A stretch of 64,000 bases of DNA, taken from assembly GCA_964410925.1 (NCBI GenBank), contig CAYPIW010000033.1, forward strand, positions 7,266 through 71,265. Direction: 5' to 3'. The translations under genes and the position numbers were made by a program. Shown piece by piece: positions 8,671-19,140 of this stretch. How positions within the stretch are numbered: the stretch's first letter is position 1; the number at the start of each line of letters is the position of its first letter. The notes below the pieces were generated by a model. The model had not been told where the DNA came from and made no database searches. It worked only from the letters and a program-made list of their open reading frames with translations. The stretch comes from an uncultured Desulfobacteraceae bacterium. GTDB lineage: Bacteria > Desulfobacterota > Desulfobacteria > Desulfobacterales > UBA11574.

Positions 8671-10488
8671 TTAAGTTCTGTTTTTCATCTTCTGGACCTG
8701 CTCGTTGTAATAAGAGATGACCTCTCGCCGGTTCAGCATCCCCACCAGAATACCATGGTCATCATCTTTTACAACCGGCAGGCTGTCAATATTTTTAATG
8801 GTAAATTTCTGCAGGACCGCATTCAAATCCTCGGAAGGCGTCGTTAATATAATGTCAAACGTGGCAATATCATTCATCACCACAAGCTGACCGATTCCCC
8901 TTGAAAAAAGTACACTTCTGATATCTGTACTGGAAAATATTCCCACCAGTCTGTCATACTGATCCACAACCGGAAAATAGTGCTGTTTTGTTTCTGAAAA
9001 AAACTTCCTGAAATCACGAAAGGTCATGTCCCGGGGAATGACTTCCACTTTTTTAACGAGGTGCATTAGATTCTTGACTTTGATCGCCTGTAAAATGTCC
9101 ACAAAAAAATCCCCTGCGTGGGCAGGAGAGTCGATTTTGCTTTTAACCTGTCTTTTATAAATTGTCCATTTCCGTGACGCAAGATAAGATACGGAACAAA
9201 CCAGAAGGCAGGGCAGAAGCAGATGATAGGAATTGGTCATTTCACTGACGAATATGATGGTAGAAATCGGAGTGTTTGACACCGCCGTAAAAAAGCCTGC
9301 CATACCCACCACTACAAAGGCTCCGGGTTCAGTAACAACTCCGGGCATGATCTGGTGAAAAATTTTTCCCACCACACCGCCCATTGCACCACCGATGACG
9401 ATTGAAGGGCCAAATACCCCGCCGCTGCCCCCGGATCCGATGGAAAATGATGTGGTCATTATTTTTCCAATGGCAAGAAAAAATAAAAAAGGTATGGTAA
9501 GCTCATTGTAAAGCGCTTTCTGAGCAAATCCATATCCGAAAGCCAGAGTTTGAGGCAAAAAAAAGCCGATAATACCGGTACATAAGCCGCCCACAGCCGG
9601 CTTTAAGTGATTTGGGATTTTGATAGATTTGAAAATACCGATAAGACCGTAAAATGATTTGATGTAAAGAATGCCCGTGCCGACAAGAACTAAGGAAAGC
9701 ACGAGGTAGGGTCCTAACTCCAGGGGATTGCGAAATAAAAAATCAGGGGACTCGAACAAAGACCCCCAGCCGAACACCAGGCAAAACAGGCAATAGGCCA
9801 CCACCGAGGAAATACCGGCAGGAATAATGACCTCCGATTCAAACTCGGGGTCTCGGTAGAGCACCTCGGCAGCAAAAAGCGCGCCAGCCAGAGGAGCCCT
9901 GAAGATACTCCCCACTCCGGCACCGATTCCCGCAGCCATCATTATCCTGCGTTCCCGGTCTGATAGTTTTAAGGTCGTTGCCAGAAATGAACCGAAGCCT
10001 GCTCCGATTTGAGCAATGGGACCTTCTCTTCCCCCTGACCCACCCGTGGTAAGGGTCAGAACAGATGCTACGGTTTTAATAATCGGAACCCTTCCGCGTA
10101 TGAAGCCTCCTTTTCTATGATAGGCATCAATCGCCGCATCTGTTCCATGACCTTCGGCTTCCGGGGCATAGGTATAAACCAGCCATCCGCTCAACAGACC
10201 GCCGAGCACAGGAAGAAAAAGAAGTGTCATCCGGTTAAACGGCGTGCTTGTGGGGTGAAGAAGACGATGTTCACCGGCAGGAGAAGGGGGACGGTAGCCG
10301 GCCATTAAATCCATAAAATAATGCAGACCCAGCTGGCACAGGTAATGAAAAACGATGGATCCAAGGCCGGCGATAAGCCCGATTAATACAAAATAAAAAG
10401 TCCATTTACCGGCACGGGCGATATTGACGGACCGCTCTTTGCCGGTAATGAATTGCATGATTTTTTGAAAACGATTTAATACTGCCAC
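8671..10488 (-). CDS. ClC-family chloride channel / H+-Cl- exchanger with a C-terminal CBS pair
   Basis: Selectivity motifs GGSGGREGP and GSGGSGGVFGPS, about 10 TM segments, and a CBS-like C-terminus. The listed start is GTG; an internal ATG (MQFITGK) is also possible. Confidence 0.9.
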   Translation of the reverse strand: MAVLNRFQKIMQFITGKERSVNIARAGKWTFYFVLIGLIAGLGSIVFHYLCQLGLHYFMDLMAGYRPPSPAGEHRLLHPTSTPFNRMTLLFLPVLGGLLSGWLVYTYAPEAEGHGTDAAIDAYHRKGGFIRGRVPIIKTVASVLTLTTGGSGGREGPIAQIGAGFGSFLATTLKLSDRERRIMMAAGIGAGVGSIFRAPLAGALFAAEVLYRDPEFESEVIIPAGISSVVAYCLFCLVFGWGSLFESPDFLFRNPLELGPYLVLSLVLVGTGILYIKSFYGLIGIFKSIKIPNHLKPAVGGLCTGIIGFFLPQTLAFGYGFAQKALYNELTIPFLFFLAIGKIMTTSFSIGSGGSGGVFGPSIVIGGAMGGVVGKIFHQIMPGVVTEPGAFVVVGMAGFFTAVSNTPISTIIFVSEMTNSYHLLLPCLLVCSVSYLASRKWTIYKRQVKSKIDSPAHAGDFFVDILQAIKVKNLMHLVKKVEVIPRDMTFRDFRKFFSETKQHYFPVVDQYDRLVGIFSSTDIRSVLFSRGIGQLVVMNDIATFDIILTTPSEDLNAVLQKFTIKNIDSLPVVKDDDHGILVGMLNRREVISYYNEQVQKMKNRT

Positions 10489-10617
10489 AGGGTAGCCTGC
10501 CCCGTTGTTTCAACCATTAATAAAGAATATCAAACCGTTCTGACACCCGCAACAAGTATCAGCTGTTAAATTCTGCAAGCTTTGTATTGAAATTATATAG
10601 TTTTTAATGCCAACCTG

Positions 10618-11937
10618 TTATGTTGCAAGATCTTTTAGATCTTCTACACCCTGCAAAATCATATTGAACAGGTCAAGGATATCACTTTCCTCCAGGCAAG
10701 AAAAAGCGATCCTCAAATCCCTTTCTCCCATGGATATAAGACCTACGCCGTATTTTTCAAGAAGATGGCACCTGAGCGTTTCGGCATCCACCGATTTTAA
10801 CCTGATACACATAAAATAACCGGAATTAAACGGGTAAACATCCCAGGCGTCTTTATATCCGGGATCCGAAAGCACTTCTTTAATCCGTCCGGCTCTGTTT
10901 TTCAGCACCTTGAATTTTTCTTCTTTTTCTTTAGTAAAGTTTGCACTCTGCATGGACTTCAGGACAATGGTCTGTCCCAGGTGGGAAGCATTGGAAATAG
11001 ACCCCCTGATGCTTCCTGCAGTTTTCCGTTCCAACGCATCATATACGGCCATAGAATCACCTTCAATTTTACATCCGTAGGTTATAAAACCCACCCGTAG
11101 CCCCCAGACATAGTTCTCTTTGGTGGCACCATCAAGCTTAATCGCCAAAAGCCTGGGGTGCCGGTTGCAAAGATTCGCAAAAAGAGATTCTTTCAGAGTC
11201 TGTTCCTCATAAAAAAGTCCGAAATAGGCGTCATCCATAACAGCGATAATATTTTTACCCGTGTCGGCAATCCGGGCAAGGATTTCTATAATGCGGTTCC
11301 CCTCTTCGACGGTTATCGAATACCCCGTAGGATTATTGGGAAAATTCAGCAAAACCGTAAGCTTATCATGTTTCTCCGACTCAATCCGTATCTTTTCCTC
11401 AAAACTTTCAAGATTAAATCCATGACGTTCCGAAAACAAATCATACTGGCTTATTTTTGCTTTTTTTCTGACATTCAGAATCATGTTATAGTTGCCCCAC
11501 ATCTTGTCAGGCAAAATCACCACATCATCAGGATCTATCCAGATATCCGCAAACATGCTAATCGCGTGAGTAATGCCACAAGTAACGATGGGCAAACTGA
11601 TGGTTTTACCTTCAAGGGAAGGATTTTTTTTAAAAAGAGAGTCCTGCCAGACCTTTCTTAAACTCGCAATGCCAAAGGAGGGTGCATAAGTCAGCGACTC
11701 TTTGGGTCGAATACTGTCAATGGAACCCATTACCGAAGAAAAATGCATGGTTCCCCCGCACTCCGTGGCAATGCCGATGGTTGCATTTAACTTATGGGCC
11801 TTTTCCCTGGCCTCGGCACTCTGGCTTAAAATGCCTTTAGGAAAAAAAAGGTTTTTGCCCATCTCAGACAGCATTTCCATGATATGGGGATTACCTTTCT
11901 CGATAATCCGGTTGAGGTCTTGAGCAATAGGATTCAC
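10618..11937 (-). CDS. PLP-dependent aminotransferase, class I/II fold
   Basis: NFPNNPTGYS and a Lys-containing GATKENYVWGLRVGF segment. Substrate specificity cannot be determined from sequence by eye. Confidence 0.85.
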   Translation of the reverse strand: MNPIAQDLNRIIEKGNPHIMEMLSEMGKNLFFPKGILSQSAEAREKAHKLNATIGIATECGGTMHFSSVMGSIDSIRPKESLTYAPSFGIASLRKVWQDSLFKKNPSLEGKTISLPIVTCGITHAISMFADIWIDPDDVVILPDKMWGNYNMILNVRKKAKISQYDLFSERHGFNLESFEEKIRIESEKHDKLTVLLNFPNNPTGYSITVEEGNRIIEILARIADTGKNIIAVMDDAYFGLFYEEQTLKESLFANLCNRHPRLLAIKLDGATKENYVWGLRVGFITYGCKIEGDSMAVYDALERKTAGSIRGSISNASHLGQTIVLKSMQSANFTKEKEEKFKVLKNRAGRIKEVLSDPGYKDAWDVYPFNSGYFMCIRLKSVDAETLRCHLLEKYGVGLISMGERDLRIAFSCLEESDILDLFNMILQGVEDLKDLAT

Positions 11938-12132
11938 GGATTTTCCTCCTTTAACCTGAATAAACTAACTCGAACATGCCCCCACCACAAGGGGTATCTT
12001 GGATTTTTTTATAGTGATCATAGAAACCCATTTAAAATTTACCGTGTTGACACAAAGAATGTCAAGGGAAAATAACTTGAAAAATCGGGAAGATGAATAA
12101 GTGCCGGCCCTATGGCGGAATGGAGGATTGAT

Positions 12133-12162
12133 GGAAAACCCCGCCTTTTTAACAAGGCGGGG
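12133..12162 (-). terminator. Rho-independent terminator downstream of the PxxKW gene
   Basis: On the minus strand: CCCCGCCTT-GTTAAA-AAGGCGGGG followed by TTTT, about 25 nt after the stop at 12187. Confidence 0.55.
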
Positions 12163-12186
12163 CTTATGGGTCGATCGAAAGCAACA

Positions 12187-12465
12187 TTACTTGTTTCCTC
12201 TCTTGGATGCTTTGAGCGGATTAATCTTGGCCTTTGTTTCTGTCGCAGCCTTTGTGACATGTGAAGCAAAATTGCATTCTCCGGCTTTCCATTTCAGAGA
12301 AGGATCAGGGCATGCCGAACAATACCATCTGGAAGCATATTCAATGCTCCGATTGCAGCCGTTACACTGCTCCACAATCTCGTGACAAATTCCGCCATTG
12401 TAAGTACACCCCTTTGCAGTCATAAAAGGGCATTCAAAACCTTTTCTAACCGTTTTACAAACCAT
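12187..12465 (-). CDS. PxxKW-family cysteine-rich small protein
   Basis: MVCKTVRKGFECPFMTAKGCTYNGGICHEIVEQCNGCNR...CPDPSLKWKAGECNFASH. RBS AAGGGGGTG precedes the ATG at 12465; the upstream 16 codons of the listed ORF are rejected. Confidence 0.8.
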   Translation of the reverse strand: MVCKTVRKGFECPFMTAKGCTYNGGICHEIVEQCNGCNRSIEYASRWYCSACPDPSLKWKAGECNFASHVTKAATETKAKINPLKASKRGNK

Positions 12466-12493
12466 TGGAATCACCCCCTTTCGGAAAAAAATC

Positions 12494-12525
12494 AAAAAAA
12501 GGCCGGGAGACATTAATCCCCGGCC
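12494..12525 (-). terminator. Terminator-like hairpin plus T7 run inside the 5' leader of the PxxKW gene
   Basis: On the minus strand: GGCCGGGG-loop-CCCGGCC followed by TTTTTTT, ending about 15 nt before the RBS. Confidence 0.45.
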
Positions 12526-12790
12526 TCAAATAGACAGGTCTTAATAAAACTGGCGCAATATAATCAGACGAATAAGGGTTGTCAATAAAAATTGACATTT
12601 TTTTATTATATATCGATGGTCAAAAATATGCTCGCAACTCTGAGAATTACCATGGACCATTAAAAAGAATCCTTGATTTTTTATTTAAAAATTGCCAAGT
12701 TATTGACACAGGTCCGTTTGTTTGGCTCATCTTGCCATGACAGGGAAACGGTATTTGACAAAATCTCATATAAAAGGAAATATATTTTAT

Positions 12791-13765
12791 ATGGTCATAA
12801 AACAGGTTGTTGAGGTTCTCAAAATAGAGGCCCAGGGTATTCTGAAACTGGCAGATCGTATTGATGAAAACTTCCCGAAAATGGTGGATATCATCTGCCG
12901 GAGCCATGGCAGATTAATTGTCAGCGGGATCGGTAAATCCGGACTCGTGGGCCGGAAAATCGTGGCTACGTTGAACAGCACGGGAACAAAATCACTTTTT
13001 TTACATCCTGCCGAGGCTATGCACGGAGATCTCGGCATGGTCGGCCCGGATGATATATTCATCGCCCTTTCCAACAGCGGTGAGACCGACGAACTGAATA
13101 TCCTTATCCCCAGTATCCGTAAAATAGGATGTACAATCATTGCGTTCACCGGGAACAAAAATTCTACATTAGCCAAACGTAGCGACATCATCATTGATGT
13201 GGCGGTAAAAAAGGAGGCATGCCCGTTGGGTTTTGTTCCCACTGCAAGCACCACCGCACTTCTTGCCATGGGCGATGCCCTTGCCGTGGTTTTGATAAAC
13301 AAAAAACATTTCAATTCAAGTGACTTCAAAAAGATTCATCCCGGCGGTACCCTCGGGCATCGGCTTTCGAACAAAGTTAAAGATTTCATGCTAAGCGGCA
13401 AATCCATTCCCCGCGTTCCTGAAGGCACCTCCATGGAAGATGCGATCAAGGAAATCAATCGGCTTGGACTGGGAGCGACCCTTGTCTTCAGACCCGACAA
13501 CACCCTTGCCGGTATCATCACCGACGGCGACTTGAGGCGTCTGATTGCAAAAAGAGCCTCTATTCACAAACTCACCGTTGACCAGGTCATGACAAAAAAG
13601 CCCCGAACCCTGTCCCCGGATTCTCCGGCATATGACGCCCTGAATATGATGGAAAAATACCAGATCACGGTCCTTCCCATAACGAGTTCCGCAGGAAAGA
13701 TTCGGGGAATTTTGCACCTGCACGATATATTAGGCAAAGGTGATTTCAAATTTAACGGCAACTAA
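12791..13765 (+). CDS. kdsD: Arabinose-5-phosphate isomerase (SIS domain plus CBS pair), KdsD/KpsF family
   Basis: GRLIVSGIGKSGLVGRKIVATLNSTGT, SNSGETDE, C-terminal CBS pair. Start chosen at MVIKQVVEVL. Confidence 0.9.
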   Translation: MVIKQVVEVLKIEAQGILKLADRIDENFPKMVDIICRSHGRLIVSGIGKSGLVGRKIVATLNSTGTKSLFLHPAEAMHGDLGMVGPDDIFIALSNSGETDELNILIPSIRKIGCTIIAFTGNKNSTLAKRSDIIIDVAVKKEACPLGFVPTASTTALLAMGDALAVVLINKKHFNSSDFKKIHPGGTLGHRLSNKVKDFMLSGKSIPRVPEGTSMEDAIKEINRLGLGATLVFRPDNTLAGIITDGDLRRLIAKRASIHKLTVDQVMTKKPRTLSPDSPAYDALNMMEKYQITVLPITSSAGKIRGILHLHDILGKGDFKFNGN

Positions 13766-13786
13766 ATCGTAAGGTAAGAGAATATC

Positions 13787-15112
13787 ATGGAATTCGATTC
13801 TATTGACACAACTATATCGACCCTTGGACCTTGTAAAATAACATCACCGATTCGCAGATATGAAAAAGATTCTCTGAATCGGAATTTTGTGCACGATAGC
13901 GACAGGATTCTTGTGGACGTCAATTTAAAGAGAATGATTAAACTGGCCGAAGAAGGAAAAGATTTCCCCTCTTTCGAGCTGGCCGGTCCCAGAAGTGAAA
14001 TTTACTTCGACCCGAGCAAACTGCGGTGTGCACTGGTAACCTGCGGCGGGTTGTGCCCCGGGTTAAACGACATTATTCGGGCAATCGTTCTTGAGCTTTT
14101 TCACGGGTATGGAGTACGAAATATCTATGGCTTCAGATATGGTCTTCAAGGCTTTATCCCTAAATACGGGCACGATATCATCGATCTTAAGCCCGAGACC
14201 GTCGTTAATATACACGAAATGGGCGGTTCGATCTTAGGATCTTCACGGGGACCCCAGCCTATAGATGAGATTGTCGACAGCCTGGAACGGATGAACATCG
14301 GCATCCTTTTTATGGTTGGAGGAGACGGCACACTCATGGCAGCGACAAAGATAGCGGATGCCATATCCCAAAGAGGTCTGAAGATAAGCGTCGTCGGAAT
14401 CCCAAAAACCATTGACAATGATATTCACATGGTATCCCGCTCTTTTGGTTTTCATACAGCGGTTGATGTTGCGACCCAGGCGATCAAGGGTGCGCATAAC
14501 GAATCGGAGGGATATCCCAACGGAATCGGCATGATCAAGCTGATGGGCAGACATTCGGGCTTCATCGCGGCAACAGCCGCACTGGCCCAGCAGGATGTAA
14601 ATTTTGTGCTCATACCGGAGGTAGACTTTGACCTTGAAGGATCGAATGGCTTTCTTGCCTCCCTTGAAAAACGACTTCATCACAGAGGACATGCCGTAAT
14701 TGTAGTGGCTGAAGGCGCAGGTCAAAAGTTTTTTGACGATCAAACAACGGAGCGTGACAAATCCGGCAATATCAAGCTCCAGGATATCGGACTTTTCCTC
14801 AAAAATACCATATTGTCATATTTTAATCTCAAAAATATCGAGGTTTCTTTAAAATATATCGATCCCAGCTACATGATAAGAAGCCTGCGTGCAAACGCCA
14901 ATGATAATGTCTTTTGCAGCTTTTTGGGGCGCGACGCGGTTCATGCAGGCATGGCGGGAAAAACAAAACTCCTCATCGGCCGATGGAACAACCATTTCGT
15001 GCATCTTCCCTTGAGTGCCTCGGCCGGAAAACGCAAGCAAATCAATCCCAGAGGAAAATTGTGGATGAGTGTCCTGGGAACAACGGGTCAGGGATCGTTG
15101 AAAAACGACTGA
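13787..15112 (+). CDS. pfk: ATP-dependent 6-phosphofructokinase (long form)
   Basis: TCGGLCPGLNDIIR, MVGGDGT (GGDG suggests the ATP-dependent type), GIPKTIDNDI, MGRHSGFIA. Confidence 0.9.
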   Translation: MEFDSIDTTISTLGPCKITSPIRRYEKDSLNRNFVHDSDRILVDVNLKRMIKLAEEGKDFPSFELAGPRSEIYFDPSKLRCALVTCGGLCPGLNDIIRAIVLELFHGYGVRNIYGFRYGLQGFIPKYGHDIIDLKPETVVNIHEMGGSILGSSRGPQPIDEIVDSLERMNIGILFMVGGDGTLMAATKIADAISQRGLKISVVGIPKTIDNDIHMVSRSFGFHTAVDVATQAIKGAHNESEGYPNGIGMIKLMGRHSGFIAATAALAQQDVNFVLIPEVDFDLEGSNGFLASLEKRLHHRGHAVIVVAEGAGQKFFDDQTTERDKSGNIKLQDIGLFLKNTILSYFNLKNIEVSLKYIDPSYMIRSLRANANDNVFCSFLGRDAVHAGMAGKTKLLIGRWNNHFVHLPLSASAGKRKQINPRGKLWMSVLGTTGQGSLKND

Positions 15113-15164
15113 TACTTTATTTGTCAATGGGATTTGTCAATGGATTTTCTTATGAGCTGCGCAG

Positions 15165-17144
15165 TTAGTGATCCAGTTCCACAAACTCTTTGCCTTTGAT
15201 TTGAAGAAGATATATTTTTTTTCGAACCTCTCCGCTGTTATCAAAGGAAGTAAGTCCGGTTACTCCACGGAAATCGTTAAGCGTTTTGAGTTTGTTTTTT
15301 AAGTCGCTTCTGAATCGGATATCCGGACTACTGACCGTCTGAAACAGTATCATGGCCGTATCGTATGCTACTGCTTCGATGAATCCCGGCTTTCGATGGA
15401 AAGTGTTCTGAAAAATTTCGGCAAAACCCATGACCTCCTCTGAAGCGCTTTCGGCAAAAAAACCGTCCGGCATAATTGCGTACTGTACATATTGCCGGGC
15501 CATCTCGATCAAACTGTCAGAATGCCACAAATTGGTTCCTAAAAGATAGATATCGGTAACATCATAAAAAGCCAGCTGTGGAATTATAAGCCCTGCTTTT
15601 TTGGGAGCATCGGGAATAAAGATTGCATCAAAATCCACAATGGCTTGCGTTTTTTCCTGTTTTTCCTCTATTAAACTTTCATCATATTCATGTGCATCCC
15701 CAAGTGATGTATCCGCCTCATCACCGATGGGGACATCCTCTTTTTTTTCGTTATCGGCCTCCGGGTCAATAATTTTAAGATATTCAGGCACCTCATAGTA
15801 GAGCCCCACCAGTTTTTTGATAGCATCGGAAAAATCGGTTTGAGCGGAATTGTAGGATTCAATCCCCGTAACTCTGCCTCCGAAAGCAATCACTTCATCC
15901 CAGAAAAGATTCATAAAGATTTCCCCATAATTTTCGTCGGGATAAAGAATTGCAAAACGGTTAAGATTAAGATCCTTGACCGCATAAGATACCAGCGCCT
16001 TAACCTGCGCAACCGGAGTGAGAAAATTTCTAAACACCCAGTCGCCAATTGAAGGAATATTACTTTTCTGGGTTAATGTTATTATGGGCACCCCGTTATC
16101 CTGTGCCTCCTGAGCGGCCGGTTCGGCCATAATAACGGGACCAATTATGGCGGCAACCTTTTCATTAAACAATTCTTTTACGGCCCGAACGGTCTTAACC
16201 GGGTCAGATTCCGTATCTTTTATGATCACTTTGATACAAGGAGAACTGTTTTGTGAGCTGAATTTATTTAAAGCCAGTTCAACACCGTTTAATGCTTTGT
16301 TGCCATAAAAACTATAAGGACCGCTCAAGGGGAGCAAACATCCTATGGTATACCGGCTAAAGATTGACTTTTGATTAATTTCCATTATTAGATTTTCTGC
16401 CTGTTGCACATTCTCGTGATCCGGAAACTTTTCGATAAACTCCGACAGAACCCGTAACGCCTCATCATATTTTTCTTCAGCGGCACTGTTAATTCCCAAT
16501 TGAACCCTAAGATAACCTGCCGGGAACCTCTCTTCCCGGCCTTTTAATAGAAATTCGATATCTTGAGAGCTAAGCTGCCGGACAGCGTCTTTAAGCTTTG
16601 ATATAATGACCTTGTTTCCCGGATCCTGGGCTTTCGGATATGCTGCTGCATAATAATTAACCGCATCTTTTGGCCATCCCAAAGCCAAACAGGCATCACC
16701 TGCCAGTACATATGTTCTGAGAATATGGGATTCGGAAACAGCATCTTTGAGAAAGTCGGCTGCCTGCTCGATTACTTTTTCATAATCTCTCTGGTTATAA
16801 TAAGTGACCATTATTTCAATTCTGGCATCCGGAATGAAATAACTTTCCGGATATTCGGCGATGAGTCTGTTATAAATACTGCGAGCGCTGTCATTGTTCC
16901 CGAGAGCCGCCTGGATTGTTCCTGTCCTCATTAACGCTGCATCGCCCATAGGTCCGTCAGGAAATCGGTCAAGGTACTCATTGAATAAAACCAGCGCGTT
17001 ATCATAGGATTTCTCCTGAAACATTTTTTCAGCTCTGGAAAAAAGCTGGGCTGCGGGATCAAACCTTTCATAGACAGTCTTCGGTATACATGACCCTAAA
17101 AAGAGGGTTGCCGTGATGACTGCAATTTTGCAAATGAGCTTCAT
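15165..17144 (-). CDS. Lipoprotein with N-terminal TPR repeats and a C-terminal type-I periplasmic binding fold (LpoA-like penicillin-binding-protein activator / Leu-Ile-Val-binding family)
   Basis: Lipobox LFLGSC, TPR-like YDNALVLFNEYL and YEKVIEQ segments, and a Peripla_BP_6-like C-terminal half (IGCLLPLSGPYSFYGNKALNGVELA). Confidence 0.75.
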   Translation of the reverse strand: MKLICKIAVITATLFLGSCIPKTVYERFDPAAQLFSRAEKMFQEKSYDNALVLFNEYLDRFPDGPMGDAALMRTGTIQAALGNNDSARSIYNRLIAEYPESYFIPDARIEIMVTYYNQRDYEKVIEQAADFLKDAVSESHILRTYVLAGDACLALGWPKDAVNYYAAAYPKAQDPGNKVIISKLKDAVRQLSSQDIEFLLKGREERFPAGYLRVQLGINSAAEEKYDEALRVLSEFIEKFPDHENVQQAENLIMEINQKSIFSRYTIGCLLPLSGPYSFYGNKALNGVELALNKFSSQNSSPCIKVIIKDTESDPVKTVRAVKELFNEKVAAIIGPVIMAEPAAQEAQDNGVPIITLTQKSNIPSIGDWVFRNFLTPVAQVKALVSYAVKDLNLNRFAILYPDENYGEIFMNLFWDEVIAFGGRVTGIESYNSAQTDFSDAIKKLVGLYYEVPEYLKIIDPEADNEKKEDVPIGDEADTSLGDAHEYDESLIEEKQEKTQAIVDFDAIFIPDAPKKAGLIIPQLAFYDVTDIYLLGTNLWHSDSLIEMARQYVQYAIMPDGFFAESASEEVMGFAEIFQNTFHRKPGFIEAVAYDTAMILFQTVSSPDIRFRSDLKNKLKTLNDFRGVTGLTSFDNSGEVRKKIYLLQIKGKEFVELDH

Positions 17145-17190
17145 AAACCTCTCTGAATCGTTTCAATAGTCCGGTGATTTGTAAAAATTA

Positions 17191-17466
17191 AAAGATGAAC
17201 GTTCAACATCGAATAATGATGTCGCTTCACTCCGCAATTTATTCTAACATCGAATGAGAAACAAACATCTAATACCAAATATTCAACAGCTATTTCTTTT
17301 TCTTTTCAGCCCTCCGGGGCGCAGGCCCCTATGGACCGGAGGCCGTTTTGACACTCGTAACAAATATCTTAATTAATTTTTCTGTTTCTTTATCTTTTTC
17401 CTGAATCAGCATTCGCTGTTCAATATTAGTTTTTTATTTACCATTTGATGTTGGACGTTCTTTTTT
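17191..17466. repeat. MITE-like element bounded by about 20-bp inverted repeats (GAACGTYCAACATC core)
   Basis: aaaagatgaacgttcaacatcgaat at 17191-17215 matches the reverse complement of atttgatgttggacgttctttt at 17444-17466. A CCTCCGG/CCGGAGG palindrome sits inside. Confidence 0.4.
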
Positions 17467-17622
17467 TTGCAAACCACCTGCGGTCCTTCAAGCGCAAAAA
17501 AACTTAACGCTTATGGAGCGAAGCCCCTAAGTTCGTTATCTTCTCGTGTTTACCCTCATTTAATAACAAAGGCAAGCATAAGATGCATCCTTTACTTGCC
17601 AAACACCTTAGGAAAATGATAT

Positions 17623-18819
17623 ATGGCCGGAATCATGGAAACTGATAATCCAGAACAGCCGTCCTCATCCCGAATCGTAAATCCTGTCAGCGATAAGGTT
17701 GAGCAGGAACTTGAAAGCTTAAGGAGACAACTCGATGCCATTGACCAGAATATCGTCTCCCTTCTTGCAAAACGCCGGGCAGAAGTCGAACGTGTTGTTA
17801 ATCTCAAAAAAGCCCATAACCTCCCTGTCTATCATCCGGCCCGGGAAGAAAATCTGATTTCTCAGCTCCGCAATCAGGGAGCCCAGGCGGGACTGGATTC
17901 TGATTATATCGAAGAACTTTACCGTCGTATTCTCCGCCAGTCACGGGTAGATCAAGCCGCTCGTCTCTCAAAAAAAGGCGTCCGCAACGGTGCAACCGTT
18001 CTTATGGTTGGCGGCATGGGGGCTATGGGGCAATATTTTTCTAAATGGTTTGCCGATTCCGGCTACAGGGTGCGTATTCTTGACCGGAATGATTGGGTGA
18101 ATGTCGACAAACTCTGCCACGGGATTGGGCTCGCAATTATCAGTGTCCCCATTGAAGTAACTGCCGAGGTGGCCGGAAAACTGGGTCCTCACCTGCCCTT
18201 CGATTGTGTTCTTGCAGATATCACCAGTATTAAAGAGCAACCTCTAAATGCCATGCTCGACGCTTTCCAGGGCCCGGTGATGGGTCTGCACCCTCTTTTC
18301 GGTCCGACCACCCCAACCATGGACAAGCAGATCGTCGTCGTGACCCCCGGCAGAAATCTGCCCTCATGCCGATGGCTTATTGATCAATTCAGCGCCTGGG
18401 GCACTATTATCCTGCAAGTAACCGCACAGGAGCATGATGAAATCATGTCAATCGTTCAAACAGTTCGACATTTCGCAACGTTTTCATTCGGTCAATTTCT
18501 GTGTCACAAACAGATTGATTTGTCCCGAACTTTGGAATTTTCCAGTCCCATTTACCGTCTGGAACTTGGGATGGTGGGAAGGCTTTTTGCACAAGACCCC
18601 TCACTTTACTCTGAAATCATATTCGCATCCCCCAAACGGCTTGCTCTCCTGAAAGAGTATCTTTCTTCTCTTGCAAACAATCTTGACATGGTTGAAACGG
18701 GTGACAAAGAAATGTTTCGGACCGAATTTAAAAAAATTACAGACTGGTTCGGGACGTTTAGTGAACAGGCCATGCGGGAGAGTACTTACCTGATTAACAA
18801 ACTCATCGAACGGTTTTAA
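17623..18819 (+). CDS. tyrA: Bifunctional chorismate mutase / prephenate dehydrogenase (T-protein)
   Basis: Collinear with E. coli TyrA throughout, e.g. GLHPLFGP, VRHFATFSFG and SSPIYRLELGMVGRLFAQDPSLYSEII. Confidence 0.95.
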   Translation: MAGIMETDNPEQPSSSRIVNPVSDKVEQELESLRRQLDAIDQNIVSLLAKRRAEVERVVNLKKAHNLPVYHPAREENLISQLRNQGAQAGLDSDYIEELYRRILRQSRVDQAARLSKKGVRNGATVLMVGGMGAMGQYFSKWFADSGYRVRILDRNDWVNVDKLCHGIGLAIISVPIEVTAEVAGKLGPHLPFDCVLADITSIKEQPLNAMLDAFQGPVMGLHPLFGPTTPTMDKQIVVVTPGRNLPSCRWLIDQFSAWGTIILQVTAQEHDEIMSIVQTVRHFATFSFGQFLCHKQIDLSRTLEFSSPIYRLELGMVGRLFAQDPSLYSEIIFASPKRLALLKEYLSSLANNLDMVETGDKEMFRTEFKKITDWFGTFSEQAMRESTYLINKLIERF

Positions 18820-19140
18820 AGAAAAATCGACTCGCGTTTTTTCCAGTTGTTTATTTTATTCATAAAGTTTTCCCCTTTTGAGGACTTTTTCGGTTCCAGA
18901 GTCTTTCCACTCGACAAAAACAAATAGTCTGATAAAGGTTGAGGTGTGATTTTCAGATCTGCGCCCTACCGGCACTGTCCAGTCCTTCCTTGACATAAAC
19001 CCCTCTCTTTTGTAATCTTCGAATAGAAATTTTTATCTCCAACTTCCAAACCCAATCAAATGCAAAGGTATAAAGACCACGATTTCTGGAAATTGGATAG
19101 ATAATCACCGAGAATCAAAGCCAAAAAAGGAATCTGGCAA

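Noticed and set aside
12722-12790. Upstream start for kdsD (MAHLAMTGKRYLTKSHIKGNIFY...)
   Set aside because: Homologues start near MVIKQVVEVL, and the extension is unconserved-looking leader sequence.
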